Assembly: GCA_944387385.1 (NCBI GenBank)
Contig: CALXES010000003.1
Coordinates: 66,399-130,398, forward strand
Direction: 5' to 3'
DNA from: an uncultured Clostridia bacterium
Lineage (GTDB): Bacteria; Bacillota; Clostridia; TANB77; CAG-465
DNA: 64,000 nt
Position numbers and translations under genes: made by a program. The notes under the pieces were generated by a model. The model worked only from the letters and a program-made list of their open reading frames with translations. It ran no database searches and was not told the DNA's origin. Below are positions 39,992 to 50,314 of the stretch, in pieces. Each line of letters starts with the position of its first letter. Positions within the stretch are counted from its first letter, which is position 1.

Positions 39992-40067
39992 TCACCTCCT
40001 AAATTATTAGTTAATTTATATTTTTTAAATGCTACGATATTATATCACCGCACTTAGTTTATGTCAA
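39992..40067 (-). promoter_or_regulatory. promoter plus decoy-SD leader module, copy 3
   Basis: TTGACA (40067-40062), 17 nt, TATAAT (40044-40039), then ACTAATAATTTAGGAGGTGAACTG (SD 40000-39992), ~50 nt upstream of the flotillin start. Confidence 0.55.
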
Positions 40068-40100
40068 CTGTATTAAATAAAAAAATAAAGGCTTTTGCCC

Positions 40101-41060
40101 TTATTTTCCATAATAATATGTATTAAAATCTTGTTTTGCTCTATCTAAATCAAAACCAAAATAATATATTCCATCAAGCATCATGTCATAACCATAATCT
40201 GTTGATGGTATTTGTACAGAATTAATATTGTTTAAGTATTCTTGTCTATCACTTGCTACTTCTACAAACATTTCTCTATACTTATTTATATCCATATTTG
40301 TAGTTAAATTTACAAGTATATCGTCACTCAAATCTAATATTTCATCTACAGATAGTTTAGAAACCTTATTCATTAAAGCAATAAGAATTGCTCTTTGTCT
40401 TGAAGCTCTTGTAAAATCATTACCAACATATCTATTTCTTGAATGTACTAAAGCTTGTGTACCATTAAGTGTAACAGTTCCTGGTCCTGCTATTTGATTT
40501 TCCGCAGATACTCTTTGATTAATAAAATTTACTTCGTCTTGATCTAAAGTTATATCTACTCCACCTACTCTATCAATAGAACTTACAAGTCCTGAAAAAT
40601 CTACTGTTATATATTGTGTTAAATCAAGTCCAAAATACGAATTTATAGTCTTAATACTTAATTGTTCTTGTCCATATGCATAAGCATGATTTATCTTTGT
40701 CATTCCATAATCTGGTACATTTACATATGTATCTCTTGGTATACTAATTAAATTAATACCTTTATTAACATTATCTATTACAACAATTATTATTGTATCT
40801 GATCTTCCTGCATAACTATTATCAGTATCTCTTGAATCACTACCAAATATAACAAATTTTATCTTGTCATCAACTTGCACTTTTGGTTTTTCTGGTTCTT
40901 CTTCTACTGTTTCTATTCCTAAATCTGCCTCATCTAATGGTTTATATGTCATTTTATCAAACTTACTTTTTATAAATAAATATCCTGCAAATATACATCC
41001 AAGTATTACTATTAATATAATTAATAAAATTATCCATACTTTTCCCTGTTTTTTGTCCAT
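40101..41060 (-). CDS. LytR-CpsA-Psr (LCP) family phosphotransferase
   Basis: 319 aa; N-terminal TM helix; motifs FGSDSRD, RSDTIIIV, ISIPRDTYV. Confidence 0.88.
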   Translation of the reverse strand: MDKKQGKVWIILLIILIVILGCIFAGYLFIKSKFDKMTYKPLDEADLGIETVEEEPEKPKVQVDDKIKFVIFGSDSRDTDNSYAGRSDTIIIVVIDNVNKGINLISIPRDTYVNVPDYGMTKINHAYAYGQEQLSIKTINSYFGLDLTQYITVDFSGLVSSIDRVGGVDITLDQDEVNFINQRVSAENQIAGPGTVTLNGTQALVHSRNRYVGNDFTRASRQRAILIALMNKVSKLSVDEILDLSDDILVNLTTNMDINKYREMFVEVASDRQEYLNNINSVQIPSTDYGYDMMLDGIYYFGFDLDRAKQDFNTYYYGK

Positions 41061-41163
41061 AATTCATTTCTCCTGTTTTTTTACTGTTTATGAATTATAC
41101 CACATTTTACATAATAATACAACAAAAAAGACTTTATGTTTTCCATAAAGTCTTAATTAAATA

Positions 41164-41412
41164 TTACTCTTCTTCTGTTCTTTTTACAAATTCATTAAAT
41201 ATCTCATCTGCAAGTTCATCATCTGTAACTTCTTGATATTCAACTTCATCTTCTTTAGCAAGTGGTATTATTTTAAAAATAACTACTTCATCATCACTAT
41301 CTTCTGGAAGCATAACTGCATACTCTTCTTCATCTTTATATATAACATCAAGAATTTCATATTTCTTCTTTTTCCCCTCTATATCAGTAAGTTCAATCAT
41401 TTCATCTTCCAT
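41164..41412 (-). CDS. DUF1292 family acidic protein
   Basis: 82 aa; pattern IELTDIEGKKKKYEILDVIYKDEEEYAVMLP. Confidence 0.7.
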   Translation of the reverse strand: MEDEMIELTDIEGKKKKYEILDVIYKDEEEYAVMLPEDSDDEVVIFKIIPLAKEDEVEYQEVTDDELADEIFNEFVKRTEEE

Positions 41413-41466
41413 AATACAACTCCTCCTTTTTTATTAATAATATTATGTACCAATTTTCTAATATTA

Positions 41467-42525
41467 TTATTCATTTACCATTTTTAAAATTTCTTCTTTT
41501 AATGTCTCAACTATTTTTTCTTGTGGTACTTTTTTTATAGTCCTTCCTTTTTTAAACAACATTCCTTCATTAATTCCACCTGCTATTCCAATATCTGCTT
41601 CTCTTGCCTCTCCTGGTCCATTTACAACACATCCCATAACTGCAACAGTAATATCTGATTCAATAGTCTGTAAAAACTCTTCTACCTCCTTTGCAATAGG
41701 AATTAAATCAATTTGTGTTCTGCCACAAGTTGGACATGCAATAAGTGTAGGTGTTTTCTTATATAAATTACAATCTTTTAATATTTCTTTTGCAACTTTA
41801 ATTTCTTTTACTGGATCATCTGAAAGTGATACTCTAACTGTATCACCTATTCCCTCTCTTAGCATAACACCCAGACCAATACTTGATTTTATCGTACCAC
41901 TAAATTCTGTACCTGCTTCAGTTATTCCTAAATGAAGTGGACAATCAAACTCCTTTGATGCAAGTTCATAACTTTTAATACATAAATCTATATTAGATGC
42001 TTTAAGTGATATTAAATAATCTTTAAAATTCAATTTTTCAAGTATTTCAACATGTCTTCTTGCACTTTCAACCATAGCTTCTGCAGTAGGCTTACCGTAC
42101 TTTTCAAGTAAATCTTTTTCCAAAGAACCTGCATTTACTCCAATTCTAATAGGAATATGATTTTCTTTACACTTATCTACAACTGCTTTTACCTTTTCTT
42201 CAGATCCAATATTTCCAGGATTAATTCTTACTTTATCTACTCCAGATTTTATCGCTTCTAATGCTATTTTATAATCAAAATGAATATCTGCTACAATTGG
42301 TATATGAATTTTCTCTTTTATACTTTTTATAGCTTTTGCATCTTCCATATCCAAACATGCAACTCTAATTATCTCACAACCTACTTTTTCTAAATCTAAT
42401 ATTTGTTTTACGGTAGCATCAACATCCTTAGTCTTAGTATTACACATAGACTGAATAACAACTTTATTTTGTCCACCAATTTGAACATTTCCTACCATTA
42501 CTTTTCTTGTATCTCTTCTATTCAT
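41467..42525 (-). CDS. ispG: 4-hydroxy-3-methylbut-2-en-1-yl diphosphate synthase
   Basis: [16 protein letters not shown]...VIQSMCNT N-terminus; C-terminal CPTCGR and GCVVNGPGE cluster ligands. Start moved to ATG 42525 behind AGGAGAG. Confidence 0.93.
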   Translation of the reverse strand: MNRRDTRKVMVGNVQIGGQNKVVIQSMCNTKTKDVDATVKQILDLEKVGCEIIRVACLDMEDAKAIKSIKEKIHIPIVADIHFDYKIALEAIKSGVDKVRINPGNIGSEEKVKAVVDKCKENHIPIRIGVNAGSLEKDLLEKYGKPTAEAMVESARRHVEILEKLNFKDYLISLKASNIDLCIKSYELASKEFDCPLHLGITEAGTEFSGTIKSSIGLGVMLREGIGDTVRVSLSDDPVKEIKVAKEILKDCNLYKKTPTLIACPTCGRTQIDLIPIAKEVEEFLQTIESDITVAVMGCVVNGPGEAREADIGIAGGINEGMLFKKGRTIKKVPQEKIVETLKEEILKMVNE

Positions 42526-42588
42526 AATACACTCTCCTACATGCTTATATAGTAGCATAGATATTTAAAATTTAAAAGTAATAAAAGA

Positions 42589-42616
42589 AAAAAGAGTAGA
42601 AAATTTCTACTCTTTT
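42589..42616 (-). terminator. terminator after nrdDG
   Basis: AGAGTAGAAA / TTTCTACTCT hairpin, then T6 on the minus strand. Confidence 0.6.
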
Positions 42617-42627
42617 AAAGGTATATT

Positions 42628-43119
42628 TTAATTTAATTGCACAATCTCATTATTTTTTAAGCTCTTTTTAACATCTATTACTCTTTGATTTGAAGAGCCT
42701 TTCCATTTTAAGGTAGGGTCATGAAGCTCATCTTTATATGTTCCATCTACTAACACGTCAATATAATTTAAAACTTCTTTATCTTTTAAATCTTCATCAA
42801 ATCTAAAGCCTGACCATACCCATATATCTTTATTGGGATATTTTTCTTTAAAGGCTTTAGCAAGTCTAGTTGTTCCATCAATATTATTTGGATGCATAGG
42901 CTCTCCTCCTAAAATTGATAAACCTTTTACCTCATCTTTATTACATAGATCTAATACTTTATTAATAACTTCATCTGTAAATTCTTTTCCTCCATCAAAA
43001 TTCCATGTTTCTGGATTAAAACAGTTTTTACAATGAAAATGACAACCTTGCATAAATATAGATACTCTAACTCCTGGTCCATTTGATATATCCATCTTTC
43101 TAATTAGATTGTATCTCAT
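42628..43119 (-). CDS. nrdG: anaerobic ribonucleotide reductase activating protein (radical SAM)
   Basis: 163 aa; GPGVRVSIFMQGCHFHCKNCFNPETW. Confidence 0.93.
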   Translation of the reverse strand: MRYNLIRKMDISNGPGVRVSIFMQGCHFHCKNCFNPETWNFDGGKEFTDEVINKVLDLCNKDEVKGLSILGGEPMHPNNIDGTTRLAKAFKEKYPNKDIWVWSGFRFDEDLKDKEVLNYIDVLVDGTYKDELHDPTLKWKGSSNQRVIDVKKSLKNNEIVQLN

Positions 43120-43120
43120 A

Positions 43121-45313
43121 TTATTCTGCCTCCTTATTATCTATATGTAATACCCTTTCTTTTATTTCTTGTGTTCTTCCTTTATTCCAGAAATTTGTTC
43201 CTATATATCCACATGTACGTCTTGCAACATTTAATGTATTATGGTCTCTATTTCCACAATTTGGACAATACCATTCTAAATCATCGTCAATTAATATTTC
43301 TCCACTGTATCCACATTTTTGACAGTAATCTGATTTAGTATTTAATTCTGCATACATAATATTATCGTATATAAATTTAATAACCTCAATTATTACTTCT
43401 AAATTGTTTTGTAAATTTGGTGTTTCAATATATGAAATAGCTCCACCTGGACTTAATTTTTGAAACTCACTTTCAAGTTTTAATTTAGAAAATGCATCAA
43501 TTTCTTCAAATACAGGTACATGATATGAATTAGTAATATATCCTCTGTCTGTTATACCTTTTATAGTTCCAAATCTTTCTCTTAAACATTTTGCAAATTT
43601 ATATGTTGTAGATTCAATTGGTGTACCGTAAACAGAATAGTCTATATCTTCTTCTTTTTTCCATTTAGTTGTAGCATCATTTAAATGTTGCATTACTTTA
43701 ACTGCAAATTCTTTACCTACACCATTATCTGTATGTGAATGTCCTGTCATTACTTTTACACATTCATAAAGTCCTGCATATCCTAAAGATATAGTTGAGT
43801 ATCCATGGTGTAAAAGCTCGTGTATACATTCACCTTTATCTAATCTTGCAAGAGCTCCATGTTGCCACAAAATAGGAGCAACATCACTTGGAACATTACT
43901 TAATCTTTTATGTCTTATTTGTAAAGCTCTGTGACATAAATCTAGTCTTTCATCAAAAATTTTCCAAAACTTATCCATATCTCCATCAGCAGATAAAGCA
44001 ACATCTGGTAAATTTATAGTTACAACGCCTTGATTAAATCTTCCATAATATTTACCTTTTCCTTCAACATAGTTTTTAGCTTTAGAGATATTACCTAAAC
44101 TCATTGTTCTATCTGGAGTTAAGAAAGATCTACATCCCATACATGGATAACATTCTCCATCTCCTAATTCATTTTTCTTTAATTCTTTCATTACTTTTTC
44201 TGAAATATAATCTGGAACCATTCTTTTTGCTGTACATTTTGCAGCAAGTTCTGTTAAATACCAATATTTACTATCCTCATGTATATTATCTTCTTCAAGA
44301 ACATATAGCAATTTAGGAAATGCTGGTGTAATATATACGCCTTTTTCATTTTTAAATCCAAGTATTCTTTGTTTTAAAAATTCTTCAATAACCATTGCAA
44401 GCTCATCTTTATATTCCTCTGTTTCTCCTAAATACATGCATACAGATAAAAATGGAGCTTGACCATTAGTATTTGTCATAGAGTTAACTTGATAATTAAA
44501 TGTTTGTACTCCATCTTCAACTTCTTTTCTTGTATCTTGCATAGCAAATTCTTCACATTCTTCTTTGCTAAGACCTCTTTCTTGATACTTCTTTAGATAT
44601 TTTTCATAGCTTAATCTTACAAATGGAGCTAAATGTGTAAGTGATACTGTTGCTCCACCATAACTTGAAGATGTAACAGCAAGAATTATTTGTGTTGCTA
44701 TTGTAGCAGCTGTAATAAATCTATGTGGTTTTTCTATCATAACACCATTTATTACAGTTCCATTTTGTAACATATCGTCTAAATTAATTAATTCACAATT
44801 GTGAAGGGCATTTTGAGCAAAATAATCTGCATCATGAAAATGAATAATACCTTTATCATGCGCTTCTACTATATCTTCTGGAAGTAAAAATCTTCTTGTT
44901 ATATCTGTACTTGTAATACCTGCCAAGTAATCTCTTTGTGTAGTTACTACTTGTGCATTTTTATTTGAATTTTCACTATTCCAGTATTCATTTTCACCTT
45001 CAATTAATTCTTTTATTGTTTTATCTGTTGTATTTGCTTTTCTAACAAGTTCTCTTGTATATCTATATGTTATATATTTTTTAGCTAATTGATATTTATC
45101 AAACTCCATTAGTTTTTCTTCTATTATATCTTGTATATCCTCAACCAAAATTCTTCTTTTATTTAAGTCCTCTATATACTTTATTATTTCATCAATCTCT
45201 TCTTTTGTCGCCTTCTCTTTTCCTCTTACCTCATTATTTGCTTTTCCTATAGCAATTCTTATTTTTTGTGGATCATAATCAACTATATGTCCATCTCTTT
45301 TTACTATTTTCAT
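43121..45313 (-). CDS. nrdD: anaerobic ribonucleoside-triphosphate reductase
   Basis: 730 aa; N-terminal ATP-cone, C-terminal Zn ribbon (CQKCGY...CPNCG) and glycyl-radical motif RRTCGYIG. Confidence 0.95.
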   Translation of the reverse strand: MKIVKRDGHIVDYDPQKIRIAIGKANNEVRGKEKATKEEIDEIIKYIEDLNKRRILVEDIQDIIEEKLMEFDKYQLAKKYITYRYTRELVRKANTTDKTIKELIEGENEYWNSENSNKNAQVVTTQRDYLAGITSTDITRRFLLPEDIVEAHDKGIIHFHDADYFAQNALHNCELINLDDMLQNGTVINGVMIEKPHRFITAATIATQIILAVTSSSYGGATVSLTHLAPFVRLSYEKYLKKYQERGLSKEECEEFAMQDTRKEVEDGVQTFNYQVNSMTNTNGQAPFLSVCMYLGETEEYKDELAMVIEEFLKQRILGFKNEKGVYITPAFPKLLYVLEEDNIHEDSKYWYLTELAAKCTAKRMVPDYISEKVMKELKKNELGDGECYPCMGCRSFLTPDRTMSLGNISKAKNYVEGKGKYYGRFNQGVVTINLPDVALSADGDMDKFWKIFDERLDLCHRALQIRHKRLSNVPSDVAPILWQHGALARLDKGECIHELLHHGYSTISLGYAGLYECVKVMTGHSHTDNGVGKEFAVKVMQHLNDATTKWKKEEDIDYSVYGTPIESTTYKFAKCLRERFGTIKGITDRGYITNSYHVPVFEEIDAFSKLKLESEFQKLSPGGAISYIETPNLQNNLEVIIEVIKFIYDNIMYAELNTKSDYCQKCGYSGEILIDDDLEWYCPNCGNRDHNTLNVARRTCGYIGTNFWNKGRTQEIKERVLHIDNKEAE

Positions 45314-45432
45314 TTTTTGCTCTCCCCCTTAATTTTATTTTACACTTAATTTATACCAATAAATATAAAAACATAAAAGTTGCACTTGCACCTTTTTATA
45401 TTTTTTGTTAAAATATATTTGGAGGAAGAAAA

Positions 45433-46065
45433 ATGTCTAATCCTTTTGAAAATTTAAGTAAAAATCAGATAAATAAATTATTTCATATACTTGGAGTTCA
45501 CATATATAATTTCAAAAAAAATCAAGAAATACTACCAACAATAAAATATGAAAATATTATATCAATTATATTACAAGGACACGCTCAAATTATTAACATT
45601 GAATACAATGGAAATGAAATTATAATGGAAAATCTATATAAAGATGACATTTTTGGTACCAATATTTCTGCAACAAATAGTGAATATACACAAATAATTG
45701 CAAAAGAAGATACAAAAGTTTTAGTTATAGATTATGATAAACTAGTAAATCCATTAAATTTAAAATACACATATTTTAATATTTTTCTTATGAATATATT
45801 TGATATAATAAACAAAAAATTTAGAGAAAAAAATGAAAGAGTAAAAATTTTAGAAAAAAAACAAATACGTGAAAAATTATTAGAGTATTTTGAAATTGAA
45901 CATAAAAAAACTCGTCAAAGAAATATTTATTTACCTTTTACATTTAGAGACTTAGCAGATTATCTAGCTATAAATAGATCTGCTATGTTTAGAGAATTAA
46001 AACACATGAAAGATGAAAAATTTATTGAAGTAAATGATAGAAAAATAACCTTGCTATATAAATAA
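45433..46065 (+). CDS. Crp/Fnr family transcriptional regulator
   Basis: 210 aa; cNMP-binding-like beta-roll plus C-terminal HTH (RDLADYLAINRSAMFRELKHM). Confidence 0.8.
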   Translation: MSNPFENLSKNQINKLFHILGVHIYNFKKNQEILPTIKYENIISIILQGHAQIINIEYNGNEIIMENLYKDDIFGTNISATNSEYTQIIAKEDTKVLVIDYDKLVNPLNLKYTYFNIFLMNIFDIINKKFREKNERVKILEKKQIREKLLEYFEIEHKKTRQRNIYLPFTFRDLADYLAINRSAMFRELKHMKDEKFIEVNDRKITLLYK

Positions 46066-46090
46066 AAGAGTAGAAATTCTACTCTTTTAT
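46064..46090. terminator. bidirectional terminator
   Basis: AAAAGAGTAGAA-ATT-CTACTCTTTT hairpin between convergent genes. Confidence 0.65.
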
Positions 46091-46536
46091 TTATATTCAC
46101 TAAGTGAAGTACTACCCTTTTTATATGTTATTTTATCTTCAGCAACATCAAGATAAAATCTTAATGTATGCTTTTCTTTATCTTCTTTTATCTCATATGC
46201 AATAGTTAAACAATTATTATAATATTCTAATGATAACGTATAGTTTTTTTCTACTCCCATATTAATTCTCTCTAATATTTTTATTTTATCTTTTACTTCA
46301 TTTGAATATTCTTTATTAGTTATAAAGTTATAATAAAAAGAATTATCTAATAAAATGTTATACTCTTCTATGCTTCCAAACTCATTATTTATTATTTTCT
46401 CTAATAGTTCAAACTGCTTAATATCATCACTTAATATCAATTTTTCATTTCTGCTTATTACTTTTGCTCTAGTAATTAAAAAAATAACCATGATTATTAA
46501 AAAAATAATAATAAACAAAATGTATCTTTTTTTCAT
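46087..46536 (-). CDS. hypothetical signal-anchored protein
   Basis: 149-aa ORF with an N-terminal hydrophobic helix; no recognisable motifs. Confidence 0.55.
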   Translation of the reverse strand: MKKRYILFIIIFLIIMVIFLITRAKVISRNEKLILSDDIKQFELLEKIINNEFGSIEEYNILLDNSFYYNFITNKEYSNEVKDKIKILERINMGVEKNYTLSLEYYNNCLTIAYEIKEDKEKHTLRFYLDVAEDKITYKKGSTSLSEYK

Positions 46537-46702
46537 ATAATCACCTATTTTAATTAAACCATATATATTATTTTTTTACAATAAAGAAACAATACATATA
46601 TATTATTGTTTCTTTTCATTTTTCTTTGTTTTATTTTATTTAATTATGTTATAATAAGTTATGTAGCAAAATAATATTATCTTTTATAATTAAACAAAGG
46701 AG

Positions 46703-49318
46703 ATGATGCTTTTGAAAAATGAAAAAGAAGAGGTTGATATCTTAAAGCTATATGGCCAAGATTGTACAATGTCTGTAGAGGATTTTATTAAAAAATATAA
46801 AGTAAAAGAAAAAGGGTTATCTACTGGCGAAGCTTCATATAAAAGAAAAAAATTTGGAACAAACGAAATAAAGCAAGCTAAACCTAAAAAATGGTATCAC
46901 TACTTTTTAGAAAGTTTATTTACACCATTTAACTGTATTTTACTTGGAATTATATTTATATTAATCTATACAGATATATATCTTCCTGAAACTCCAAGTT
47001 ACGCAAATATTATAGTAATCGTTATTTTAGTTATTGCAAGTACTTTATTAGATTTTATAGAGGAATTTCGCTCAAATAAAGCTGCTGAAAAACTTAAACA
47101 AATAGTTGAAACAACTACTTGCGTAATAAGAAATGGAAAAGAAGTAAAAATACCAATAAAAAATGTTACTATAGGTGATATTGTTGTACTTTCAGCAGGA
47201 AGTATGATCCCAGCAGATTTAAGAATAATAGAGTCAAAGGACTTATATGTTGGTCAATCTTCACTTACTGGAGAATCAGATGATGTTAAAAAACAGGCAA
47301 AGTCTGAACTAGATATAAATAAAATTGAAGATTTATCTGATTTAGATACAATTTGCTTTATGGGTACAAACGTTATTTCTGGTAGTGCAAAAGGTGTAGT
47401 AATAAAAATTGCCGATGACACTTATTTTGGTAAAGTTGCACATACTTTATCTATGGGAAAACCTAAAACAGCCTTTCAAAAGGGTATTGAGACTATTAGT
47501 AAACTATTAATTAAAATAATGTTGTGTGTTATACCTATTGTATTTTTACTTAATGTTTGGAAACACGATAGCATAACAGCATTTACATTTGCTGTTGCAA
47601 TTGCAATATGTATTACACCACTTCTACTACCTGTAATATTATCATCAAGCTTATCTAAAGGTGCTGTTAGAATGTCTAAGAAAAAAACTATTGTAAAGAA
47701 ACTAGACTCTATTCAAAACTTTGGAGCTATGAATATACTATGTACAGATAAAACTGGTACATTAACAGAAGATAAAATTGTATTAGAAAAATATTTAGAT
47801 ATTAAAGGTGAACAAGATCTTCGTATCTTAAAACATGTTTTTCTTAATTCATATTTTCAAACTGGACTTAGTAGTAATATAGATGAAGCTGTAATAAAAA
47901 AAGGTCTTGAAAATGGAATGGATGATTTAAAGAAAATATTTAAAATTGTTGATGAAATTCCATTTGATTTTACACGTAGGCGTTTATCTGTAATAGTAAG
48001 TGATGGTACTAAAAAACAACTTATTACAAAAGGTGCTGTAGAAGAAATATTAAGTATTTGTACAAAAGTAGATTATAAAGGGGAAATTTTTCCAATAACA
48101 AAAGAAATAAAAGATAATATAAAAAAGATAAGTAAAAATTTAAATGAAGAAGGATTAAGAGTAATCGCTGTTGCACAAAGAAATGACGTAGATGACATAG
48201 AACACTTTAAAGTAAAAGACGAGAAAAATATGATTTTACTTGGTTTTATAGGATTTCTTGATCCACCTAAAAAAACTGCTAAAGAATCAATTTTAAAATT
48301 GAACAATGCTGGTATAAGAGTAATTGTTTTAACAGGTGATAATGCAGAAGTTACTAGCTGCATATGTAAAAAAGTAGATATTAATTCAGAAAAAATAATT
48401 CTAGGTAGTCAAATAGACAAACTATCTGATGCTGGTGTATTAAGATTGCTTAGAAAAAATAATATTTTTGCAAAGTTATCACCTATTCAAAAAGCAAGAA
48501 TTGTAAGACTATTAAAAGAAGATGGTAATGTTGTAGGTTATATGGGAGACGGTATAAATGATAGTCCTTCTCTTACAAATTCTGATGTAGGAATATCAGT
48601 AGACACTGCTGTAGATATTTCTAAGGACTCTGCAGATATAATTCTTTTAAAGAAAGACTTAAATGTACTACTTGATGGAGTAACAGAAGGAAGACGAACA
48701 TTTTCAAATTTAATGAAATATATAAAACTTGCAACAAGCTTTAACTTTGGTGAAGTCTTATCACTAGTTATAGCAAGTATATTTCTACCATTTCTACCTG
48801 AAACACCTATACAATTACTAGTTGAAGGTTTGCTTTATGACTTTGGTCAAATGACACTTCCTTTTGATAATGTGGATAAAGAAGATTTAAAAAAGCCAAA
48901 AAGATTTTCTCTATCACAACTTAAAGATTTTATATTTTTTATGGGACCACTTAGTGCAATATTTGATTTAATAGTATACTCTTCTTTATGGTTTATTTTT
49001 AAAGTAAGAGATGTTGCAACTTTTCAAACTATGAGTTTCTCATTTAGTATAGTATCCAACTTAGTTGGTATGCATATAATTAGAACATCAAAAATACCAT
49101 TTATTCAAAGTAATGCTCATAAAGCTGTGTACATATCTTCAATAGCTTTAATGTTTATTGGTATATTAATTCCTTTTACAGGACTTGGAACAATTCTTGG
49201 ATTTATTCCACTTGAATTAAAATATATTGGATTAATATTTGGTGTTACTTTCTTATATTGTATAGTTGCAATGGTTGCTAAAAAAATATATATTAAAAAA
49301 TTTAAAGAATGGATATAA
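46703..49318 (+). CDS. mgtA: magnesium-importing P-type ATPase
   Basis: 871 aa; CTDKTGTLT phosphorylation site, TGDN and GDGINDSP motifs. Length and N-terminus are typical of MgtA/MgtB. Exact start ambiguous (ATG ATG .. TTG just after the SD). Confidence 0.88.
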   Translation: MMLLKNEKEEVDILKLYGQDCTMSVEDFIKKYKVKEKGLSTGEASYKRKKFGTNEIKQAKPKKWYHYFLESLFTPFNCILLGIIFILIYTDIYLPETPSYANIIVIVILVIASTLLDFIEEFRSNKAAEKLKQIVETTTCVIRNGKEVKIPIKNVTIGDIVVLSAGSMIPADLRIIESKDLYVGQSSLTGESDDVKKQAKSELDINKIEDLSDLDTICFMGTNVISGSAKGVVIKIADDTYFGKVAHTLSMGKPKTAFQKGIETISKLLIKIMLCVIPIVFLLNVWKHDSITAFTFAVAIAICITPLLLPVILSSSLSKGAVRMSKKKTIVKKLDSIQNFGAMNILCTDKTGTLTEDKIVLEKYLDIKGEQDLRILKHVFLNSYFQTGLSSNIDEAVIKKGLENGMDDLKKIFKIVDEIPFDFTRRRLSVIVSDGTKKQLITKGAVEEILSICTKVDYKGEIFPITKEIKDNIKKISKNLNEEGLRVIAVAQRNDVDDIEHFKVKDEKNMILLGFIGFLDPPKKTAKESILKLNNAGIRVIVLTGDNAEVTSCICKKVDINSEKIILGSQIDKLSDAGVLRLLRKNNIFAKLSPIQKARIVRLLKEDGNVVGYMGDGINDSPSLTNSDVGISVDTAVDISKDSADIILLKKDLNVLLDGVTEGRRTFSNLMKYIKLATSFNFGEVLSLVIASIFLPFLPETPIQLLVEGLLYDFGQMTLPFDNVDKEDLKKPKRFSLSQLKDFIFFMGPLSAIFDLIVYSSLWFIFKVRDVATFQTMSFSFSIVSNLVGMHIIRTSKIPFIQSNAHKAVYISSIALMFIGILIPFTGLGTILGFIPLELKYIGLIFGVTFLYCIVAMVAKKIYIKKFKEWI

Positions 49319-49325
49319 TAATTAA

Positions 49326-49360
49326 ACTCAGTATGCTAACAAAGTATACTGAGTTTTTTT
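49326..49360 (+). terminator. rho-independent terminator after mgtA
   Basis: ACTCAGTAT / ATACTGAGT stem followed by T7. Confidence 0.7.
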
Positions 49361-49391
49361 ATAACAAAAAGAATAACAAAAAATGTTATTC

Positions 49392-49946
49392 TTAATAATT
49401 GCTGTTTATTCGAGATAATCTTATTTGTTTAATTTCTGTACTAATTCCACCTCTTCTACTTAAGAAATCATAAAAATTACCTTTATTTAATTGCAGTCTT
49501 TTAAATACATTATCGTGTACGATTTCATTTCTCAATAAATTTAATTTTATTCTACCTAAAATTCTATTATGTGTGTACAATTTATCTTCTATATTAAATT
49601 CATTCTCTAATTGTTTTAAAACTCTATAATAGCCATAAGAATATGCAAATAAAACTTGTTTATCATCTTCTTTCTTATAATATTCTAAGAATTTTTCTTT
49701 AACACATTCTTGCAAATCTTCATATTTTGCAATTAATAATTCATGTGGCAATGTATCAAGCCAAGCTCTAACCATTCCTAAATAATTCATTTTTAAATTT
49801 AAAAGCTCAACTTTTTCTTGATTAATATAATTTAAAAGTGGTTTATCATCAAGTTCCTCATAACACCGTATTAATTCATCAATAAAACTCTTTTGATCAT
49901 CAATATTTGCCTCCCAAAAATTAATTTGTAAAATAATATCTCTCAT
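49392..49946 (-). CDS. hypothetical protein
   Basis: 184-aa ORF; AAAGGTGA SD; own terminator hairpin overlapping the stop. No recognisable motifs. Confidence 0.55.
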   Translation of the reverse strand: MRDIILQINFWEANIDDQKSFIDELIRCYEELDDKPLLNYINQEKVELLNLKMNYLGMVRAWLDTLPHELLIAKYEDLQECVKEKFLEYYKKEDDKQVLFAYSYGYYRVLKQLENEFNIEDKLYTHNRILGRIKLNLLRNEIVHDNVFKRLQLNKGNFYDFLSRRGGISTEIKQIRLSRINSNY

Positions 49947-50224
49947 AATTCACCTTTGTTCTCTAAGAACATCCTTTCTATTAGTATTAATTAACTATGC
50001 CATTAACAATTGTTGATGGAAAATATATTAATTTTCACGTGATAATTATATCAAAAAAAGATTTGTTTTGCAATACTTTATGTAAATTAAAGTAAAGTTT
50101 ATAATATTTATATGGTAACATTAATTCTAAGACTGGTAGTTTAGACTGGTACAAATAAAAAAATACCAGTCTAATGACTGGTAAATACTAAAAAATCAAC
50201 GTTCTTCACGAACAAATTGATGTA

Positions 50225-50314
50225 TGGCGGAGAGTGAGGGGTTCGAACCCTCGCGCCGCATACACGACCTAACAGTTTAGCAAACTGTCCCCTTCACCAC
50301 TTGGGTAACTCTCC
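50225..50314 (-). tRNA. tRNA-Ser (anticodon GCT), CCA encoded
   Basis: Cloverleaf folded by hand: acceptor GGAGAGT/ACTCTCC, anticodon stem ACAGT/ACTGT with loop TTGCTAA, long variable arm, T-arm GAGGG-TTCGAAC-CCCTC. Confidence 0.9.

Noticed and set aside
45314-45432. NrdR box upstream of nrdD
   Set aside because: The best candidate (ACACTTAATTTATACC) matches under half of the 16-bp palindromic consensus as I recall it.
42589-46090. Near-identical terminator stems (A)GAGTAGAAA..TTCTACTC at 42593-42613 and 46064-46089, with a related one at ~35550
   Set aside because: They are short, AT-rich and each sits at a gene end where a terminator is expected. There is not enough evidence for a REP-like repeat family.
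46537-46702. M-box (Mg2+) riboswitch upstream of mgtA
   Set aside because: The spacer is almost pure AT. It contains only a simple hairpin (46586-46618) upstream of the likely -10, and nothing resembling the ~160-nt GC-containing M-box core.
50051-50066. parS-like sequence ATTTTCACGTGATAAT
   Set aside because: Only 11 of 16 matches to TGTTTCACGTGAAACA, and the G2/C15 positions are lost. This is the only CACGTG seen in the window, so it is treated as chance or degenerate.
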